Positions 46,843 to 56,770 are shown, counted from the first letter of the stretch. The stretch is 58,988 nucleotides of DNA from Thermoanaerobaculia bacterium (GCA_046261875.1 JBHENW010000177.1:1-58988); one strand, 5' to 3'. Notes: generated by a model not told the origin, from the sequence alone. Program-made: numbers and translations.

Positions 46843-49620
46843 CTAGAAAGTGACGCGCGCGGCGACCTGGAACTGCCGCGGTTGAAACAGGTCGTTGGTG
46901 GACGGGCCCGGCTGGCCGAAAGTCGCCGGGATCGGGAAGCTCGCTGAATACCGGGCCGGGCTCGTCCCCATGGCCGGGACGTCGGGGGGGATGACGGTGT
47001 TGTACGTGGCCGGATCGAAGTTCTCGTGGTTGATCACGTTGAAGACCTCCCCGATGAGCTCCAGGCCAACCGGGCCGAGTTGGAACCTCTTGGAGAGACG
47101 CAGGTCCCAGCGGAAGTACGGGTCCGACCGCTCCGAGTTGCGCGAGAAGCCCGGCGGCCGGTCCTGCCCGAAGGGGGGTGCGCCGTCCACGTTGATGTCC
47201 ACGCCGGAGAAGGCGCCGTAGGGCTGGCCCGAGGCCCAGGTCAGAATGGTTCCGGCCTGGAAGCCCCAGGGCAGCTCGTACGATCCGTTGGCCACGAGGC
47301 GGTGCCGCTGGTCGGAGCGGCACGGCCCCTTGTCCCGGTTGAATGGGGAGGGATCGCGGCTGTCGGAAACCGCGATGCCGAAGAACTCCGACTCATTGGT
47401 GCACTTGGACCAGGTGTAAGAGAGCTGCGCCTGCCATCCGTCGTCGAAAGCCTTCCGGACGCTCGTCAGCAAGGCGTAATACCAGGAGTCCGCGCCGGAG
47501 TGCACTCGCCGGATGTCGGCGATGCGGGTGTCGGGGCGCGGGGAGTTGGTCACCGCGGGATTCGAACGGAGGTTTTCCCGGATCTCGCCGAGCTCGTGGT
47601 AGCCGCGCGAGTACACCGCATCCACCGACGCCGCCCAGTTCGTCAGAACCTCCGTGGCGAGACCCAGGCTGTACGTCACGGTGTATGGCGTCTGCAGGTC
47701 CTCGTCGTTCATTCGGATCTGCGACGGCTGCGGGACGTTCGCGCTCGGCGGGCTGTCCACGTTGCAGCCTCCCGGCACGGCAAAGCAGGGGAAGACGGCG
47801 ATGCGGAAGTCCTGCCCGTTGAAGATGTCTTCGTTGAGCGACAGGTTGTTGAAGAGCTGGAAGTGAAAGATGCCGCCTCCCCCGCGGATCACCGTCGTGC
47901 CCCGCCCCGAAATGTCGTAGGCGAAGCCGAATCGGGGCTGGATGTTGTCGGAGTCCTCCTCGCGGGCATTGGGGATTCCCCAGGGGCTCTCGAAGTCCGC
48001 GTTGGCCGCTCCGTCCTGGAAATCCCATCGCACCCCCAGGTTGGCGGTCAGCCGGTCCGAGATCCGCCACTCGTCCTGAACGAACGCGGCGTAGAAGTCG
48101 AGCTCGTTGACGGTCGTCGGATCGCCAAAGCCTCCGATGAAGACGAAGGGGGCGGCGTTCGCGGCGTTGGACTGGAACTGGAACAGGCCGCGCGAGAAGA
48201 GGTCGAAGAACACGTCCCCCTTCCAGCGGGAGTATTCCCCTCCGACACGGACGAAGTGTCTCGCGATCGTCCACGCCATCGTGTCCGCGATGCCCCAGCG
48301 GGATTCTTCGCCTCCCTGCGGGAACCTCGGGTTGCCTCCGAAGCTGTAAGAGGGATGCTGCCGGCCGGGCAGGTTCGAGTTGGGCGCCGAGGACTGGTCG
48401 AAGTCGAGCCAGGTCCCGCGCGCCTCGTTGAAGAACGTGCTCGACGGCACCCACTGGTGGGACAGGATCGCGCCCTGCGTCGTGGTCGCCTGCGCGTAAC
48501 CGTAAGACGCCGCGAAACGCCCACCGACCCCGAGGTTGGTCTGTTCGCGGTCGTCGTAGCGGTAGGAAAGCGTCAGGCGGTGAGGGGACGAAATGTTGAC
48601 GTCCACCTTGGCGAAAGCGAGCTGCCGCTGCGTCGTGACGTCCGCGACCGAGGAGAGATCCGGCCGCGTCGGGATGTTGATCGGCAGCGCGCTTTCCAGG
48701 TCGAGGTCGTCGTACGACACGAAGAAGAAGGCCCGGTCGGGCGCGATCGGCCCGCCGAGCGTCGCGCCGAAGTTGATGCGCTCAGTCTGCTGCTCGGGGA
48801 CCGGAAAAAACGGGTCCTCCGTGAGGTCCTCGTTTCGGAAATACGTGTAAACCGACCCGTGCAGCGCGTTGGTTCCGGAGCGCGTGAGGACGTTGACGAC
48901 GACGGCGTTCGAGCGTCCATGCTCCGCCGAGAAGTTGTACGTGAGAACCTGGAACTCCTGGACCGTGTCCTGGCTCACGTTGGCCTGCTGGCCGCCGACG
49001 ATGAAATTATTGTTGTCCGCACCATCGAGCGAGATGTACGTCCAGCGCGACTCCTGGGCGCCGCCCCCGACGACCCCGGAGAACGCGACGTCCCGGCCGG
49101 CAGTCGTGCCGGGCGCCAGGAGGGCGAGCTCGAGATAGTTGCGCGTCGGGAGCGGCAGCGTGCGCACCTGCTGCGGGGTCACGTTCGAGGCGACCTGGGA
49201 GGTCGTGGGATCGATGAGCTCGGTCTCCCCGGTCACCTCGACCGTCTCGGTCGCCTCAAGCTGCAGCCGGATCTCGATGACCGCTTCCTGGCCCACGACG
49301 ATGACGTTGCCCGGCCGGCGGTAGGGAGAAAAGCCCTGTTGTCCGACGGCGAGCGTGTACGCCCCCGGACGCAGAAGGGGGATCCGGTACGTCCCCGACG
49401 CGTCCGTGACCGCCGTGAACTCGGTGCCTCGCTCCTCGTCCCGCGCGGTCACCGTGATTCCCGGCAGACCGCTCGCGTCCTGCGCCAGGACGACGCGCCC
49501 GGAGATCGCTGCGGTCCCCGCCGTCTGCGCTCCCGCGCGTTCGGCCGCGAGGAACGCTCCGATGAGGCCCAGCGCCGCCATCCGCATAGCCCGACGGCCC
49601 GTTGCTGATCCGATCCGCAC
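46843..49620 (-). CDS. TonB-dependent receptor (Oar-like, carboxypeptidase regulatory-like N-domain)
   Basis: Signal peptide, GTY.L..GF, LP...RNYLELALLAPG, TRSGTN.LHGS, QDEWR..LTANLGVRWD, PRFGFAYD and a terminal Phe; AAGGAGG RBS. Confidence 0.93.
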   Translation of the reverse strand: MRIGSATGRRAMRMAALGLIGAFLAAERAGAQTAGTAAISGRVVLAQDASGLPGITVTARDEERGTEFTAVTDASGTYRIPLLRPGAYTLAVGQQGFSPYRRPGNVIVVGQEAVIEIRLQLEATETVEVTGETELIDPTTSQVASNVTPQQVRTLPLPTRNYLELALLAPGTTAGRDVAFSGVVGGGAQESRWTYISLDGADNNNFIVGGQQANVSQDTVQEFQVLTYNFSAEHGRSNAVVVNVLTRSGTNALHGSVYTYFRNEDLTEDPFFPVPEQQTERINFGATLGGPIAPDRAFFFVSYDDLDLESALPINIPTRPDLSSVADVTTQRQLAFAKVDVNISSPHRLTLSYRYDDREQTNLGVGGRFAASYGYAQATTTQGAILSHQWVPSSTFFNEARGTWLDFDQSSAPNSNLPGRQHPSYSFGGNPRFPQGGEESRWGIADTMAWTIARHFVRVGGEYSRWKGDVFFDLFSRGLFQFQSNAANAAPFVFIGGFGDPTTVNELDFYAAFVQDEWRISDRLTANLGVRWDFQDGAANADFESPWGIPNAREEDSDNIQPRFGFAYDISGRGTTVIRGGGGIFHFQLFNNLSLNEDIFNGQDFRIAVFPCFAVPGGCNVDSPPSANVPQPSQIRMNDEDLQTPYTVTYSLGLATEVLTNWAASVDAVYSRGYHELGEIRENLRSNPAVTNSPRPDTRIADIRRVHSGADSWYYALLTSVRKAFDDGWQAQLSYTWSKCTNESEFFGIAVSDSRDPSPFNRDKGPCRSDQRHRLVANGSYELPWGFQAGTILTWASGQPYGAFSGVDINVDGAPPFGQDRPPGFSRNSERSDPYFRWDLRLSKRFQLGPVGLELIGEVFNVINHENFDPATYNTVIPPDVPAMGTSPARYSASFPIPATFGQPGPSTNDLFQPRQFQVAARVTF

Positions 49621-49635
49621 AGACCCTCCTTCCCG

Positions 49636-51564
49636 TCATGATTCCCGGTCGCGGGATCGCCGCATCGCGCGCTCGACCTCCTCCAGGTTCGCCAGTGCCT
49701 GCGGATGCCCCGGAGAGATCGCCAGGGCTTCTCGCAGCCGCCTCGCCGCGACGGCGAAATCCTTTTGCTCGTAAGCCACCGCGGCCAGGCCCGAGAGCGC
49801 ATCCACGCTCCTCGCATCCAGTCGCACCGCATGCTGGAACGCGTCGGCGGCTTTAAGCAGCGCGCCGAGCGCGAGGTACTCCTGGCCCAGGTTGATCCAC
49901 GCGTCCTCGCGGGCTGCGTCGAGAGCGACGGCCTGCTCGTGCGCGCGGGCCGCCAGGTCGTCGCGGCCCTGGACGTGCCGGCAGACGCCGAGCCCGAAAT
50001 AGTCCTCGGCGATCGGAGGAAAGCGCCGGAGGATCCGCTCGTAGGTTTTGACCGCCGCCGCGATCCGGCCGCTGCGCCGCTGCGCAGCGGCCAGCTCCCG
50101 AAGTAGCACCGCGTCCTCTTCCGGGTAATCGTGCACGAGCCTCTCGAGGATTCGAGCGGCCTCCTCCGACCTTCCGGCCTGCTGCGCGACGATGCCGCTC
50201 TCGATAGCGTCCCACCAGGAGATGCGGTCTTTCGGATCCACCCGCGTCGCATCGATGCGATCCAGGTCGGCGCCCGGATGCCGCGCCGTGAGGTATCCGA
50301 GGGATGCCAGACGGCGCGCCACCTCCGGATCGCTCCCGGAGGACGCGGCCGCCCGAGCGGGCGCGGAGAAGCGCCGCCGCTCCATCGCGCGGGCGAGGCG
50401 CCGCATGGCCTCGTCCTCCCTCCGGAACGCGTTGCGCGTCTCCGCCGGATCGGCCGTCAGGTCGTAGAACTCCGGACGTGGCGCCTCGACGTACTTTTTC
50501 GTCGCGGAGCGCGCGGCGCGCAGCGGCGACCAGCCCAGGAGCACGGCGGGATAGTTGCTCTCCGCGAGAACGATCCGGTCGTCGGAAGGCCTCAGGAGGG
50601 AAGTCCCGTCCGACACGGACGGCGCCAGCCCGGCGGCTTCCCGGACGGTGGGCGCGACGTCCACGAGACTGACCGGAGCAGCCACGCGGCTCGCCGGTGC
50701 ATTCTCCGGCGGGACGAGGATGAGAGGCACGCGCAGGGTCGCGTCGTAGAGGAAGACGCCGTGCGTCGCCTCGCCGTGCTCTCCCAGCGATTCGCCGTGG
50801 TCGCCCGCGACGACGATCAGCGTCTGCTCGACCCGCCCGCGCTCCGTCATGCCCTGCAGGAGCCGCCCGAGGCAGGCATCCGCATAGGCGACTTCGCCGT
50901 CGTACGGGCGCCCGGCGAATCGCTCCGCATAAGGCGCGGGAGGAGCATAGGGGGCGTGGGGGTCGAAGAGGTGTACCCACAGGAAGAACCGCTCCGGTCC
51001 CGTCCGGTCGAGCCAGCCCAGCGCCCGCTCCACGACTTCCTCGGCCCGGCGCTCCCCTTCCCACTTGCCCTTGCGCCCGGCGTTAGCCGCGAAACTCTCG
51101 TCGTAGGCGGCGAACCCTCTCGCGATCCCCGTCTCCGATCGCAGCACGAAGGAGCCCACGGCGGCGCCGGTCGCGAATCCCGCCGCGCGCAATTGCTCGG
51201 CGAGCAGGGGGACCTCGGCCGGGACACGGTCCGTGCCGTTGACGCGCACGCCGCTGTGGACCGGAAGAAGCCCGGAGAAGAGCGAGACGTGGGCAGGGAG
51301 CGTCAGCGGCGCCGTCGTGAACGCCCGCTCGAACACGATCCCGCGGCGTGCCAGCGCATCGATGTGGGGGGTCGCGCCGGCGCGGCTGCCGTGCGCCCCG
51401 ACGCGGTCCGCCCGCAGCGTGTCGACCGTGACGACGAGGACGTTCTCAGCGCGCGGGATCCGATCCGGACGCTGCGAATGGCCGCGCGCGCAGGAAACCG
51501 CCAGCGTCGCCGCCATGATCGGCGCCAGCAACCCCAGTCCCGCCGAGCGGATTCGGGGCGTCAT
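49636..51564 (-). CDS. Sulfatase-like lipoprotein (Thr-type) with C-terminal TPR repeats
   Basis: LAVSC lipobox, VDTLRAD, PLTLPAH, DPHAPY, DHGESLGEHGE, L.SLGY and TPR repeats. Confidence 0.9.
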   Translation of the reverse strand: MTPRIRSAGLGLLAPIMAATLAVSCARGHSQRPDRIPRAENVLVVTVDTLRADRVGAHGSRAGATPHIDALARRGIVFERAFTTAPLTLPAHVSLFSGLLPVHSGVRVNGTDRVPAEVPLLAEQLRAAGFATGAAVGSFVLRSETGIARGFAAYDESFAANAGRKGKWEGERRAEEVVERALGWLDRTGPERFFLWVHLFDPHAPYAPPAPYAERFAGRPYDGEVAYADACLGRLLQGMTERGRVEQTLIVVAGDHGESLGEHGEATHGVFLYDATLRVPLILVPPENAPASRVAAPVSLVDVAPTVREAAGLAPSVSDGTSLLRPSDDRIVLAESNYPAVLLGWSPLRAARSATKKYVEAPRPEFYDLTADPAETRNAFRREDEAMRRLARAMERRRFSAPARAAASSGSDPEVARRLASLGYLTARHPGADLDRIDATRVDPKDRISWWDAIESGIVAQQAGRSEEAARILERLVHDYPEEDAVLLRELAAAQRRSGRIAAAVKTYERILRRFPPIAEDYFGLGVCRHVQGRDDLAARAHEQAVALDAAREDAWINLGQEYLALGALLKAADAFQHAVRLDARSVDALSGLAAVAYEQKDFAVAARRLREALAISPGHPQALANLEEVERAMRRSRDRES

Positions 51565-51585
51565 CAGCTTCCTCCGGCTTCGAAC

Positions 51586-51615
51586 ATGAAACGCAGGAAG
51601 CCGCGGGAATGTCAA
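51586..51615 (-). promoter_or_regulatory. Putative promoter for the sulfatase-TonB receptor operon
   Basis: Perfect TTGACA at 51615-51610 with a weak -10; GGAGG RBS before ATG 51564. Confidence 0.45.
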
Positions 51616-52145
51616 GACTTCGCGCGCGTCGTCAGGCGCTCGAGAGACAGGCGCACGGAACGCGAAGAGGGAGCGCGCCCCGCGCCGATCCGGCCGAGAA
51701 AAACCGGGCGGTCCACCGCGGCCCCGATCGGTCGAGCCTGGCGGCGACGCGCCGCGCCTGCGGCTCCGCCCACGGCTCACGCGAGAAGGCGACGCCGTCC
51801 GCAGCGTAGCGGCGGAAGATGAGCGGCGTCATCTCCGGCTGGACGAAGAGTCCCAGCCGGGTCGCCGTGAGCCAGAAGCGCTGTACCGCGCGGCCGCGGC
51901 GACGAAGTCCTCGAGGGTGACGGGCCGGAGCGGCGCGAGCAGAAAGAAACCCGCAGCGCAGAAGAGACCGGGAAGAAGCTCCATCTCCAACCGGGGAAGC
52001 AGCGTCCCGCCGGCGCGGTTGAGCCGCGAGACGCGCCGCCAGCTGTGCATCCCCCATTCCATGAGCCGCCGCGTCATCGGGTCCACGCCGAGGGACCGTC
52101 CGGGGATGCCTTCCTCGCTGAAGCGCCGGCGCCAGGCGATCAGAG
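51612..52145 (-). pseudogene. C-terminal fragment of a nitroreductase-like protein
   Basis: Across three frames: IAW...SEEGIP..SLGVDP..MEW..SW.RV..LNR, RAVQRFWLTATRLGL..QPEMTPLIF and VFLGRIG...SRSVRL.L..L. Confidence 0.6.
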
Positions 52146-52957
52146 CTCCGCGCGTCCGCGTACTCCGACATCGCCGCCATGACCTGGCGCAGGAACCTCT
52201 GCTCGACGGAACCGCCCGCCAGCCCGGAATCGGAAGCGGCGGCCCCGGACGCGGGAGCCGAGGCGGGCAGCGCGGCGATCGCCTCAGCGGGGGCTTCGGA
52301 GAGCGCTCCCTTGTTTAGGTGCACCAGGCGGTGGGCGCGCGCCGCGGCCCGCGGATCATGCGTGACCATCACGATCGTCTTCTGGAACTCCGCGTTGAGG
52401 CGTTCGAGCAGATCGAGGATTTCCTCCGCGCTCTTCGCGTCGAGGTCCCCGGTCGGCTCGTCGGCGACGAGCATCAGGGGATCCGTCGCGATCGCGCGGG
52501 CGATCGCCACGCGCTGCTCCTGCCCACCGGAAAGCTGGCGGGGATAGTGGTCGAGCCGGTCGCCGAGCCCCACGATCCCCAGGGCGGCCCGGGCGTGCTC
52601 GCGCCGCTCGCGGCGCTTCAAGCCGGTGAGGATCAGCGGGAGCTCGACGTTTTCCAGCGCGGACACGACGGGGATCAGGTTGTAGAGCTGGAAGATGAAC
52701 CCGACGTGGCGCGCGCGCCAGGGAGCGAGCTCGTTCTCGTTCTGCTGGGAGATGGGCCGGCCGCCGACGGTAATCTTCCCGGACGTCGGCTTGTCCAGGC
52801 CCGCGATGAGGTTGAGCAGCGTCGTCTTTCCCGATCCGGAGGGGCCCATGAACGCGAGGAACTCTCCAGCGCTCACGGTCAGGTGGCTGTCCCGCAAGAC
52901 GGGGATCTCGAGGGAGTCGCGCCGATAGCTCTAGGAGACCCGCTCGACGGAGATCAC
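52146..52957 (-). pseudogene. LolD/MacB-type ABC ATPase, orphan, with a nonsense codon at codon 9
   Basis: [25 protein letters not shown] and VTHD. In-frame TAG at 52933-52931; no stop before the junction with the nitroreductase fragment; no permease gene nearby. Confidence 0.8.
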
Positions 52958-53116
52958 GAAATCACCTGCGGGAGGCCGCCGGGACGCCTCCGAAGGAGTG
53001 GAGGCGCGGGGCGCCGGCGAGGCACGCTTCCGGGGGCCCGCTGTTCATGAAAAGTGTTCCATGGTAACGCATTTCCGGGCGTCGTAGCGCGTTTCACGGC
53101 TCCTATAATCCCGCGC

Positions 53117-54190
53117 GTGAAGAACCTCCGAACCGTAATCCGGGGATCCGGCATGTTCGTGCCGGAGGGGGTGGTCACCAACGAGCGGATGTCGCGGCTC
53201 ATGGACACGAGCGATGAGTGGATCCGGCAGCGGACCGGGATCCAGGAGCGTCGTTACGCGCGGCGCGGCACGTCCTCCTCAGACCTCGGCGTGGAGGCGG
53301 CGCGGCGCGCGATCGCCGACGCGGGGCTCGAGCCGGGCGACGTGGACTTCATCGTGTTCGCGACGATGACGCCGGATCACTACTTCCCGGGCAACGGAGG
53401 GCTTCTCGCTCGCAAGCTCGGGCTGAGCCAGACCCCCGCGCTGGACGTCCGCATGCAGTGCGCCGGATTTCTTTCGGGCCTCCAGGTGGCCGACGCTTTC
53501 ATCCGGTCCGGGACCTACCGCCGGGTACTGCTCGTCGGGGCGGAGTGCCACGCGTCCCTCTATCCGTGGACGGAAACCGAGTGGGCCGTCATGTTCGGCG
53601 ATTCCGACGGCCCGGTCTCCCCGGAGGCGTATGCGTGGGGCACGGCGCAACGCGACCGCGCCGTCATCTTCGGAGACGGAGCCGGAGCGTTCGTTCTCGA
53701 GTCGACCGACGAGGAGGACGGACGCGGCTTCCTCGGGTTCCGGATGCGCACCGACGGGAGCCACTGGGACAAGCTCTACGTCCCGGGCGGCGGCTCGGCG
53801 AGCTTTCCCTACTTCACGCCGCAGATGTTCGAGGAGAACGGGACAGTGCCGATCGTCGAAGGCCGGCAGGTGTTCCGCCTCGCTACGACCGCGATGCCCG
53901 AGATCGTCCGGGAGACTCTAGCGGAGCAGGGCCTCACCGTGGAGGACCTGTCGCTTCTGCTCATGCACCAGGCTAACCTGCGCATCAACGAAGCGGTCCA
54001 GAAGAGCCTCGGCCTGCCGGACGAAAAGGTCTTCAACAACATCCAGAGGTATGGAAACACGACCGCAGCGACCCTCCCGCTCGTCTACCACGAAGCGCGA
54101 CAGGAAGGCCACGTCCAGCCGGGAGGGCTGGTCTGCTTCACGGCGCTCGGCGCGGGACTGCACTGGGGTGCGGCGCTGGTCCGGAACTGA
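53117..54190 (+). CDS. fabH: 3-oxoacyl-ACP synthase III family protein
   Basis: DTSDEWI..RTGI.ERR, MQCAGF, FGDGAGA, HQANLRI, GNTTAAT and GAGLHWG. GTG 53117 follows TATAAT. Confidence 0.9.
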   Translation: MKNLRTVIRGSGMFVPEGVVTNERMSRLMDTSDEWIRQRTGIQERRYARRGTSSSDLGVEAARRAIADAGLEPGDVDFIVFATMTPDHYFPGNGGLLARKLGLSQTPALDVRMQCAGFLSGLQVADAFIRSGTYRRVLLVGAECHASLYPWTETEWAVMFGDSDGPVSPEAYAWGTAQRDRAVIFGDGAGAFVLESTDEEDGRGFLGFRMRTDGSHWDKLYVPGGGSASFPYFTPQMFEENGTVPIVEGRQVFRLATTAMPEIVRETLAEQGLTVEDLSLLLMHQANLRINEAVQKSLGLPDEKVFNNIQRYGNTTAATLPLVYHEARQEGHVQPGGLVCFTALGAGLHWGAALVRN

Positions 54191-54301
54191 TCGACTCGAC
54201 AGCCCGGTCGGCGACGCGGTCCGGGATCTGCCCCCCGACGCGGGACGGGGCGGCAGAACCTGACCGGCGAAGCGAGAAGCGGTTCGGGATGGGAGCGATG
54301 G

Positions 54302-55106
54302 GCACAGATCCAGCAGGTCCTCATCAACCTCGTCGTCAACAGCCGCGACGCGATGCCGCACGGCGGAAAGCTGACCATCGAGACGCGCAACATCCGCGTC
54401 GAGGATGACCAGAAGATCGAGGACTTCGACGTCTCCGCAGGCTCCTACGTCATGCTCGCCGTGTCGGACACGGGGGGTCGGCATGACCCCGGAGACCCGC
54501 GCCCGGATCTTCGAGCCCTTCTTCACGACCAAGGAGCTCGGCCGCGGCACCGGCCTGGGCCTCTCGACCGTCTACGGGATCACCAAGCAGAGCGGCGGAT
54601 ACATCTGGGTCTACAGCGAGCCGGGTCTCGGGACGTCATTCAAGATCTTCCTGCCACGCAGCGCGTACGAGCCCGCCGCCGACAGCGACCTGGAGTGGGC
54701 GGGACCGGCGCGCGGCTCGGAGACCGTTTTGCTCGTCGAGGATGAGCCGGCCGTCCAGGCGGTCGTGCTGAAGATCCTGGCGCGGTACGGATACAAGGCG
54801 CTCGTTGCCAGCACGCCGGAGCAGGCGTTGCAGGTCCGCTCCGAGTATCCGGGGACGATCGACCTCCTCTTGAGCGACGTCGTGCTCCCCCAGATGAGCG
54901 GCCGCGAAGTGGCCACAGCCGTGGCGAGGCGGCGGCCGGGCATCCGCGTCCTCTACATATCGGGATACACGGACGACGCGATCGTGCAACACGGGATCCT
55001 CGAGCCGGGTACTGCCTTCCTGCAGAAGCCGTTTACTCCGCACGCCCTCTCCCGCAAAGTCCGCGAAGTGCTCGACGCGACCGGGTCTCAGTACACCGTC
55101 GCCTGA
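54302..55106 (+). pseudogene. Hybrid histidine kinase fragment (HATPase plus receiver; sensor and HisKA missing)
   Basis: QVLINLVVNSRDAM, SDTG (extra G in the run near 54475), FEPFFTTK..GTGLGL, LVEDE, SDVVLP and QKPF. Confidence 0.8.
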
Positions 55107-55208
55107 AGCGCTCCGGAGCGCCCCGCCGCTCATCTGTGTAATTCCTCAAGGCGGCGCGATACGCGCGTGACGATGGCTATACTCCCCCGCCCGTCGGAGG
55201 AACGTCGC

Positions 55209-56036
55209 ATGATCGAGAGCGTGACGCGCAGGGCTCTGGCGCCCATCTTGTTTTCTCTGACCGCCGCCGCGGGAATGGCCCAGGATGCGACGGCCCCGGC
55301 TCCCCGCAACCCCGAAGGCTCCCGGATCATCAACTTTCCTTCCGGGGACGTCCCGGCGGCGGGGACTCTCGGCGTCCTCTTCACGCACCGTTTCGCCCAG
55401 CCGCTCGAGGACAGCGACTGGCATTCGCTGCTCTCGTTCGATTCGGGCGCCGACATCGGGATCGGCGCCTCCTACGTCCCCCTGCAGAACCTCGAGGTCG
55501 CCGCGGACCGCTCTTCCAACCAGGATGACTGGGAGATCGGGCTCAAGTACCGACTGTTCGAGCGCTCGGCCTCCTTCCCGCTCTCGGTCGCCCTGCGCAC
55601 GGGAATGAACATACGCACCGAGATCTTCGTGGACCGGGAGAACACTTACTTCGCGCAGGGGATCGCGGGGGTCGCGATCGGCCCGAGGATCCGCGTCACG
55701 GTCATCCCGACCTGGGTTTCTCGCACCGCGGGCACGCCCTTCGTTTCCCAGCCTCAGGAAGACGCGTTCAACGTGTTCGGCGCCCTCGCCGTCAGTCTCA
55801 GCCGGACGGTGAACCTCCAGGGCGAGGTGATCCCGCGCCGCGGCCGGTTCGGATCCCCCGGGGTGGGCTGGATCGCGGCGATCGAGAAGACGGTGCTGCG
55901 CCACCGGTTCGCTTTCACCGTCGGCAACGTCCGCAACACGACGGTGGACCAGTACATCGCTTCGGACTTCAACGGTCTCTCCCCCCACGAGTACTACATC
56001 GGCTTCAACCTGGCGCGCAGTTGGAAGCTCAAGTAG
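55209..56036 (+). CDS. Outer-membrane beta-barrel protein, DUF5777-like
   Basis: GGAGG RBS, signal peptide, IIN.PS, FTHRF, HRFAF..GN and IGFNLAR.W. Confidence 0.75.
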   Translation: MIESVTRRALAPILFSLTAAAGMAQDATAPAPRNPEGSRIINFPSGDVPAAGTLGVLFTHRFAQPLEDSDWHSLLSFDSGADIGIGASYVPLQNLEVAADRSSNQDDWEIGLKYRLFERSASFPLSVALRTGMNIRTEIFVDRENTYFAQGIAGVAIGPRIRVTVIPTWVSRTAGTPFVSQPQEDAFNVFGALAVSLSRTVNLQGEVIPRRGRFGSPGVGWIAAIEKTVLRHRFAFTVGNVRNTTVDQYIASDFNGLSPHEYYIGFNLARSWKLK

Positions 56037-56668
56037 GAGGCGGAGCGGGAGCGGGTCCGGTCCCGCCCGACGCGGATTCCCTTCCCGTCGCCGTCGTGCC
56101 CGCGATCGGCCCGACGGACCGCCTCACGGCGTTGCCGCCGACTCATCTCCGAAGGGCGGGGGACGGCTCCCCGCCCCGGCTGCGCACGGCCGTCCGCCTG
56201 GGGCGCCGCGGCGGCGATCTCCTCGTCCGGTTCGACGGCCGCGACGCCGGGCAGGTCGCCACGCGCACGCGCCGCGACGACGCGCTCTGGGAAGAGGACG
56301 TCTACGAGGTCTTCCTCACGCCGGAGGATCCGCCGACCCGGTACTACGAGTTCGAGGTGAACCCGCTCGGGGCAGTCTTCGACGCGCGGATCGAGTCGCC
56401 GCGGCTGCGACGGCCGACGATCTGCGTTGACGTCCTGTGGGATTGCCCGGGGTTCGGAGCGCGCGTCCAACGGTCGGCCGGGCACTGGTCGGCGCGACTC
56501 CGGATTCCTCTCGCTCCGCTTGCGTCGGGGGAGATTCCGCCGCGCTGGAAGGCGAACTTCTTCCGCGTTGACCGCAACACCGACGACGAGCTCTCGGCCT
56601 GGTCCCCCGTCGGCCTTCCGGTGGACTTCCACCGCGCCGACCGGTTCGGCACGTTGATCCTGGAGTGA
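56021..56668 (+). CDS. CBM9-like/DOMON-like sugar-binding domain protein (start uncertain)
   Basis: LWEEDVYEVFL, YYEFEVNPLG..D, IPL..L, W.ANFFR, WSP and FH...FG.L. Confidence 0.8.
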   Translation: MEAQVGGGAGAGPVPPDADSLPVAVVPAIGPTDRLTALPPTHLRRAGDGSPPRLRTAVRLGRRGGDLLVRFDGRDAGQVATRTRRDDALWEEDVYEVFLTPEDPPTRYYEFEVNPLGAVFDARIESPRLRRPTICVDVLWDCPGFGARVQRSAGHWSARLRIPLAPLASGEIPPRWKANFFRVDRNTDDELSAWSPVGLPVDFHRADRFGTLILE

Positions 56669-56685
56669 AGTCCAGCATCGTTTTT

Positions 56686-56769
56686 GCGGCGCGGGAGTCT
56701 CCGCACTCGGAGGAGCCTCGCGCCGCGAGGCGGTGCCAAAGGCAGCTCCGGAGCGAGCGAGAGCGACGT
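56686..56769. repeat. Intergenic repeat copy 4 (hairpin module plus terminal module)
   Basis: 56686-56727 matches copy 3; 56722-56769 matches 9833-9879 at 44/48, including an identical GAGCGAGCGAGAGCGACGT. Confidence 0.8.
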
Positions 56770-56770
56770 G

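Noticed and set aside
52931-52933. In-frame TAG as pyrrolysine or stop-codon recoding
   Set aside because: TAG ends many intact genes in the window (e.g. mazG, ndk, sdhA). This one is in a decayed fragment and is one change from AAG (Lys).
54191-54301. GC-rich hairpin after fabH as a member of the repeat family or a terminator
   Set aside because: No similarity to the repeat modules and no U-tract; weak pairing is expected at this GC content.
9630-56769. Repeat copies as a CRISPR array
   Set aside because: The copies are dispersed over 47 kb with no regular spacers and no cas genes.
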